From: Escherichia coli
GTDB lineage: Bacteria > Pseudomonadota > Gammaproteobacteria > Enterobacterales > Enterobacteriaceae
DNA: 64,000 bases
Assembly: GCF_050920415.1 (NCBI RefSeq)
Contig: NZ_CP169309.1
Direction: 5' to 3' (one strand)
Numbering within the stretch: position 1 is the first letter of the stretch; each line of letters opens with the position of its first letter. The notes beneath the pieces were generated by a model, which searched no databases, had not been told where the DNA came from, and was given only the letters and a program-made list of their open reading frames with translations. The position numbers were made by a program, and so were the translations under genes. Of this stretch, positions 59,762 to 64,000 are shown piece after piece.

Positions 59762-61126
59762 TCAAATTACCGCCCATACGCACCAGGTAATTAAGAATCC
59801 GGTAAAACCGAGAATGGTCGTTAACACTGTCCAGGTTTTCAGACCGTCTGCTACCGACAACCCCAGATATTTGGTCACAATCCAGAACCCTGAGTCATTA
59901 ATATGTGACGCGCCAAGCCCACCAAAGCAGGCTGCCAGCGTCACCAATACGCACTGAATCGGATTCAATCCCATCACCGCTTCTGAGAGTAACCCGCCGG
60001 TTGTCAGGATTGCTACGGTTGCTGACCCCTGCGATGCACGCAGCGCCAGTGAAATAATAAATGCGGCTGGTAACAGAGGCAGGTCAATCATTTGTAGCAT
60101 GTTGGCAAGGGCTTTGCCGACGCCCGATTCCACCAGCACTTTGCCAAATACCCCTCCAGCACCAGTAACCAAAATCACTACCGCCGCAGTGGGAAGGGCT
60201 GAGCCCATAATGTCGCTGGTGTGTTGTAAGCTCCAGCCGCGACGTAAAGCCAATAACCAGAATGCCAGCACCAGCGCAATCATTAGAGCTACCATTGGTG
60301 AGCCGATCAGCTGTAGCGTACCAAGCAGGGGATGCGAAGGCGGCATCAGTGTTGCGGAAACCGTACCCGCCATGATAATCGCGATAGGAATAACAATTAG
60401 CGAGGTGACCAGCGCGACGCCCGGTGGATTTATTTTATCGCTTAATTTTGTCGCGCCTTCCTCACTGGCCGGAGCCAGTTGCATCTGTTCCAGTACTTCC
60501 ACCGACATCGCATATTGGCGCTTATTGATTATTTTCGCTGCAAAGTAGCCAACAATCCCTACGGGAATAGAAATCGCAATACCGATGATGGTTAGCCAGC
60601 CGATGTCTGCGTGGAGTAACCCCGCTGCGGCGACAGGGCCTGGATGCGGCGGTACCGCCACATGAACAGTTAGCATGATTCCAGCGACAGGCAGGCCAAA
60701 TTTGAGTGGCGATATTTTGGCAACCTTGGCAAAACCGTAAATGATTGGCGCAAGAATAATAAAGCCGACATCAAAGAAGACGGGAATACCGAGGAAGAAC
60801 GCTGCCAGAGTCAGCGCAGCGATAGTTCGTTTGTCACCTAACTTGCGACTGAAATAATTAGCCAGTGACTCTGCACCACCAGAGTGTTCGATCATACGCC
60901 CCAGCATAGCGCCCAGACCAATAATAATAGTGACGGAACCAAGCACACCGCCCATCCCGGCGATCATCACTTTACCCACTTCGCCCGCCGGTATACCCGC
61001 CGCAAGTGCGACTAACAGGCTGACGAGGAGCAGAGCAACGAATGGTTGTACCTTTGCCTTGATGACCAGCAGCAACAGCATGATTACGCCAGTTAACGCA
61101 ATGCATAACAATGTAATTGTGGACAT
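59762..61126 (-). CDS. ygbN: GntP-family permease
   Basis: 454-aa ORF, multi-TM GntP profile. Confidence 0.85.
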   Translation of the reverse strand: MSTITLLCIALTGVIMLLLLVIKAKVQPFVALLLVSLLVALAAGIPAGEVGKVMIAGMGGVLGSVTIIIGLGAMLGRMIEHSGGAESLANYFSRKLGDKRTIAALTLAAFFLGIPVFFDVGFIILAPIIYGFAKVAKISPLKFGLPVAGIMLTVHVAVPPHPGPVAAAGLLHADIGWLTIIGIAISIPVGIVGYFAAKIINKRQYAMSVEVLEQMQLAPASEEGATKLSDKINPPGVALVTSLIVIPIAIIMAGTVSATLMPPSHPLLGTLQLIGSPMVALMIALVLAFWLLALRRGWSLQHTSDIMGSALPTAAVVILVTGAGGVFGKVLVESGVGKALANMLQMIDLPLLPAAFIISLALRASQGSATVAILTTGGLLSEAVMGLNPIQCVLVTLAACFGGLGASHINDSGFWIVTKYLGLSVADGLKTWTVLTTILGFTGFLITWCVWAVI

Positions 61127-61213
61127 GGGAAACCCTGTCTGAAAGTTATAGTTAACCTACCCCTCCGTAGATGGGGGGATGTATGGGTACGTTGTAATTA
61201 GGGATTTAACGAA

Positions 61214-61990
61214 TTAGCGCCAGGCGTCAAACCAGCCAAGCCCTTCTTCGGTGAGGCCACGAGGTTTATATTCACAACCGATCCAGCCCTGATATCCCAC
61301 CTCATCGAACAGGCGGAACAGCCACGGATAGTTGATTTCTCCATCGTCCGGTTCATGTCGATCAGGTAGTCCGGCAATTTGTACGTGCGCATATTTCCCG
61401 GCGTAGTCGCGGATTAAATGCGTCAGGTTGCCATCTACTTTTTGCGCATGAAAAGTATCTAGTTGAATAAACACGTTATCTCGCGCAACTTCTTCAACAA
61501 TAGCCAGTGCCTGATACTGGCTGGAGAAGAGATAATGAGGCTTAACGCCGGGGCTGAGTGCTTCAACTAATATTCGCTTGCCGTGTGGCGCAAAGCGGTC
61601 GGCAGCGTAGCGGAGATTATCGATAAATACTGCCCTGTACCGTTCAGCATCTTCGCCAGCGGGCACGACGCCTGCCATCACATGGACTTGTTCACAATTG
61701 AGCGCCAATGCATATTCCAGTGCCAGGTCGATGTCTGCGTGTGCTTCGTGCTCACGTCCGGGAAGGGCGGATAATCCCCATTCCCCCGCATTAATATCTC
61801 CGGGAGCGGTATTGAACAGCGCCAGTGTCAGATGGTTTTGCTCCAGTTGCTTTTGGATTTGCAGGGTGGAGTAGTTATAGGGAAACAGAAATTCCACAGC
61901 ATCGAACCCGGCTTTTCGCGCTGCGGCGAAGCGTTCAATAAAAGGCACTTCGGTGAACATCATGGATAAATTAGCTGCAAAACGAGGCAT
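61214..61990 (-). CDS. ygbM: hydroxypyruvate-isomerase-like TIM-barrel isomerase
   Basis: 258-aa ORF; [21 protein letters not shown]. Confidence 0.85.
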   Translation of the reverse strand: MPRFAANLSMMFTEVPFIERFAAARKAGFDAVEFLFPYNYSTLQIQKQLEQNHLTLALFNTAPGDINAGEWGLSALPGREHEAHADIDLALEYALALNCEQVHVMAGVVPAGEDAERYRAVFIDNLRYAADRFAPHGKRILVEALSPGVKPHYLFSSQYQALAIVEEVARDNVFIQLDTFHAQKVDGNLTHLIRDYAGKYAHVQIAGLPDRHEPDDGEINYPWLFRLFDEVGYQGWIGCEYKPRGLTEEGLGWFDAWR

Positions 61991-61994
61991 TGCA

Positions 61995-62633
61995 TTAACT
62001 CCTTAATTCCGCAATTTCACCTGCGGTCAGATAACGGATCGGGCGGTCACCGAGAATAAAAATCAGCTTTGCCGTTTCCTCCAGCTCTTCCATATTGTTG
62101 GCGGCTTCTTGCAGGCTTTCACCGCAAACCACTGGGCCATGATTTGCCAGTAAAAAAGCCTGATTGTCTGCTGCCAGTTCCGCCAGATCCTGTGCGATGC
62201 GTTTATCGCCCGGTCGGTAATAAGGCACCAGCGGGATATTTCCCATCCGCATCACCACGTATGGTGTGAACGGACGAATAACGTTGCTGCTGTCCAGCCC
62301 TTGCAGGCAGGAAAGCGCCGTCGACCATGTGCTGTGCAAATGCACCACCGCTTTACAGCGCGGATTGTTGCGATACAGCGCCAGATGAAAGAGCACCTCT
62401 TTCGAGGGTTTGTCACCACTTAACCATTCGCCATCCGCGGCGACTTTGGAAAGCCGCTGCGGATCGAGATTGCCCAGGCATGAACCTGTCGGTGTCGCCA
62501 GTAAATTCCCGTCAGGTAAAAGCAGCGACAGATTGCCAGCCGAACCGGTTGCATAGCCGCGCTGAAAGAATGAACTGGCAATCCGCGTCATCTCCTCTCG
62601 CAAAGACTGCTCTACTTTTGCGAAATCGCTCAT
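61995..62633 (-). CDS. ygbL: class II aldolase/adducin-family protein
   Basis: 212-aa ORF. Confidence 0.85.
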   Translation of the reverse strand: MSDFAKVEQSLREEMTRIASSFFQRGYATGSAGNLSLLLPDGNLLATPTGSCLGNLDPQRLSKVAADGEWLSGDKPSKEVLFHLALYRNNPRCKAVVHLHSTWSTALSCLQGLDSSNVIRPFTPYVVMRMGNIPLVPYYRPGDKRIAQDLAELAADNQAFLLANHGPVVCGESLQEAANNMEELEETAKLIFILGDRPIRYLTAGEIAELRS

Positions 62634-63892
62634 GATAAAAACTCTCTTTGGGCTCGTGAAAAAAAGGCTTCATCACCGAAGTTGCCAGATTTAAGGGCGA
62701 GTGAGACAGGCTTATCCAGTGCGTTTACCCACGGCACGCCGGGGGAAATGGTTGGGCCAATATGAAACCCTTTTATTCTCAGGCTCTGTGTGACTACGCC
62801 GGAGGTCTCACCGCCTGCGACAATAAAGCGTGTCACGCCTTCCGCTGCTAACCGCGCCGCTAGTTGAGAAAACAGTGTTTCTACTGCCTGACTGGCTTTT
62901 TGTGCACCGTATTGCTGTTGAATTGCTGCCAATGCGTCAGTGCTGGCGGTGGCAAAAACCAGTGGAGCAAGTACACCTTCCTGGCCCAGAACCCACTCTG
63001 CCAGCTCGTGTGCATAAGCGGCCAGAGTTTCGGTTGAGAGGCAGCGTGCCACATCAACTTCACGGGCTGGTGCAATTTGACGGTAATGTGCTACCTGGCG
63101 GTTGGTCATTTGAGAGCATGAACCGGAGAGCACTACGCCGCGCCCAGCGAGCGGATGCCCTGCTTTGCGAGCCTGGTTACCGTTTTCTTGCGCCCACTGC
63201 CGGGCAAGGCCAATCGCCAGACCAGAACCGCCCGTTACCAGTGGGGCATCGCGCAAGGCTTCCCCCTGAATTTCCAGATGGTGTTCGGTCAGCGCATCAA
63301 GCACCGCGTAGCGGTAGCCCTCTTGCTGTAAGCGAGCCAGCTCTTGACGAACGGCATCCACACCTTGTTCGAAAACATGTGCCGAAACGACGCCGCAGCG
63401 CCCTGTGGATTGCGCTTCAACCAGACGGGGAAGATAGCTGTCGGTCATGGGATTTACCGGGTGATGGCGCATCCCGGATTCGGCCAGCAGTTGATTCATT
63501 ACGAACAAATACCCCTGATAAACCGTACGTCCGTTGACCGGCAGGGCCGGAGAGAAGACCGTAAACGGCGTGTCGAGAGCATCCATTAATGCATCGGTAA
63601 CCGGGCCGATATTACCTTTCGCCGTACTGTCGAAAGTAGAGCAGTATTTGAAATAGATCTGTTTGCAACCTTGCTGTTGCAACCAGCTCAGAGCCGCCAG
63701 CGATTGCTGTGTGGCTTCAACCACCGGACAGGAACGCGTTTTCAGGCTGATCACCAGTGCGTCGATTGCTTCCGGCATTTTACCTGTTGGAACACCGTTA
63801 ATTTGTACCGTTGGTAGACCGTTTTCCACCAGAAAACTGGCGATATCCGTCGCGCCGGTAAAATCATCGGCGATAACGCCAATCTTGATCAT
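62630..63892 (-). CDS. ygbK: four-carbon acid sugar kinase family protein
   Basis: 420-aa ORF; MIKIGVIADDFTGATD. Confidence 0.85.
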   Translation of the reverse strand: MIKIGVIADDFTGATDIASFLVENGLPTVQINGVPTGKMPEAIDALVISLKTRSCPVVEATQQSLAALSWLQQQGCKQIYFKYCSTFDSTAKGNIGPVTDALMDALDTPFTVFSPALPVNGRTVYQGYLFVMNQLLAESGMRHHPVNPMTDSYLPRLVEAQSTGRCGVVSAHVFEQGVDAVRQELARLQQEGYRYAVLDALTEHHLEIQGEALRDAPLVTGGSGLAIGLARQWAQENGNQARKAGHPLAGRGVVLSGSCSQMTNRQVAHYRQIAPAREVDVARCLSTETLAAYAHELAEWVLGQEGVLAPLVFATASTDALAAIQQQYGAQKASQAVETLFSQLAARLAAEGVTRFIVAGGETSGVVTQSLRIKGFHIGPTISPGVPWVNALDKPVSLALKSGNFGDEAFFSRAQREFLS

Positions 63893-64000
63893 GATTTCGC
63901 TCCCGGTAGAGTGATGCCAGAGAAAATCTTGATAACTGCGCTATCGTCTTCTTTCCCGTAACCCGCGTTACTGGCGCTGGTGAACATATTCAATGCTGTT
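63889..64000 (-). CDS. ygbJ: NAD-dependent dehydrogenase, C-terminal fragment (5' end outside window)
   Basis: open frame on minus strand ending in TGA that overlaps the ygbK ATG (ATGA); too short for a firm call. Confidence 0.5.
   Translation of the reverse strand, partial: TALNMFTSASNAGYGKEDDSAVIKIFSGITLPGAKS

Overview
This window is an Escherichia coli chromosomal segment (reverse orientation relative to K-12 numbering) running gudP-gudX-gudD, barA, rlmD, relA, mazG, pyrG, eno, a LemA/TPM-domain cluster, queE, a short CRISPR array, the ygcE-yqcE-ygcWUSRQ-ygcPON cluster, queD, cysJIH, a complete type I-E CRISPR-Cas locus (cas3, casABCDE, cas1, cas2, leader, 20-repeat array), iap, cysDNC, ygbE, ftsB, ispDF, truD, surE, pcm, nlpD, rpoS, a MarR-like regulator with a UbiX/UbiD-type decarboxylase operon, and ygbN-ygbM-ygbL-ygbK-ygbJ(partial). 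All calls come from reading the ORF translations and the nucleotide sequence and from recalled knowledge of E. coli; no database search was run. The most unusual points versus my recollection of K-12 are: (1) three tandem YgcG-like TPM-domain paralogs plus a LemA lipoprotein between eno and queE, two of them interrupted (one by a -1 frame change at an A7 run, one by a single in-frame TGA); (2) relA is followed directly by mazG with no mazEF toxin-antitoxin pair; (3) a spacer in the queE-proximal array that appears to match the phage P1 loxP site with an ATG PAM; (4) a longer cas-proximal array (19 spacers); (5) a decarboxylase island downstream of rpoS. No transposase or integrase genes were found.
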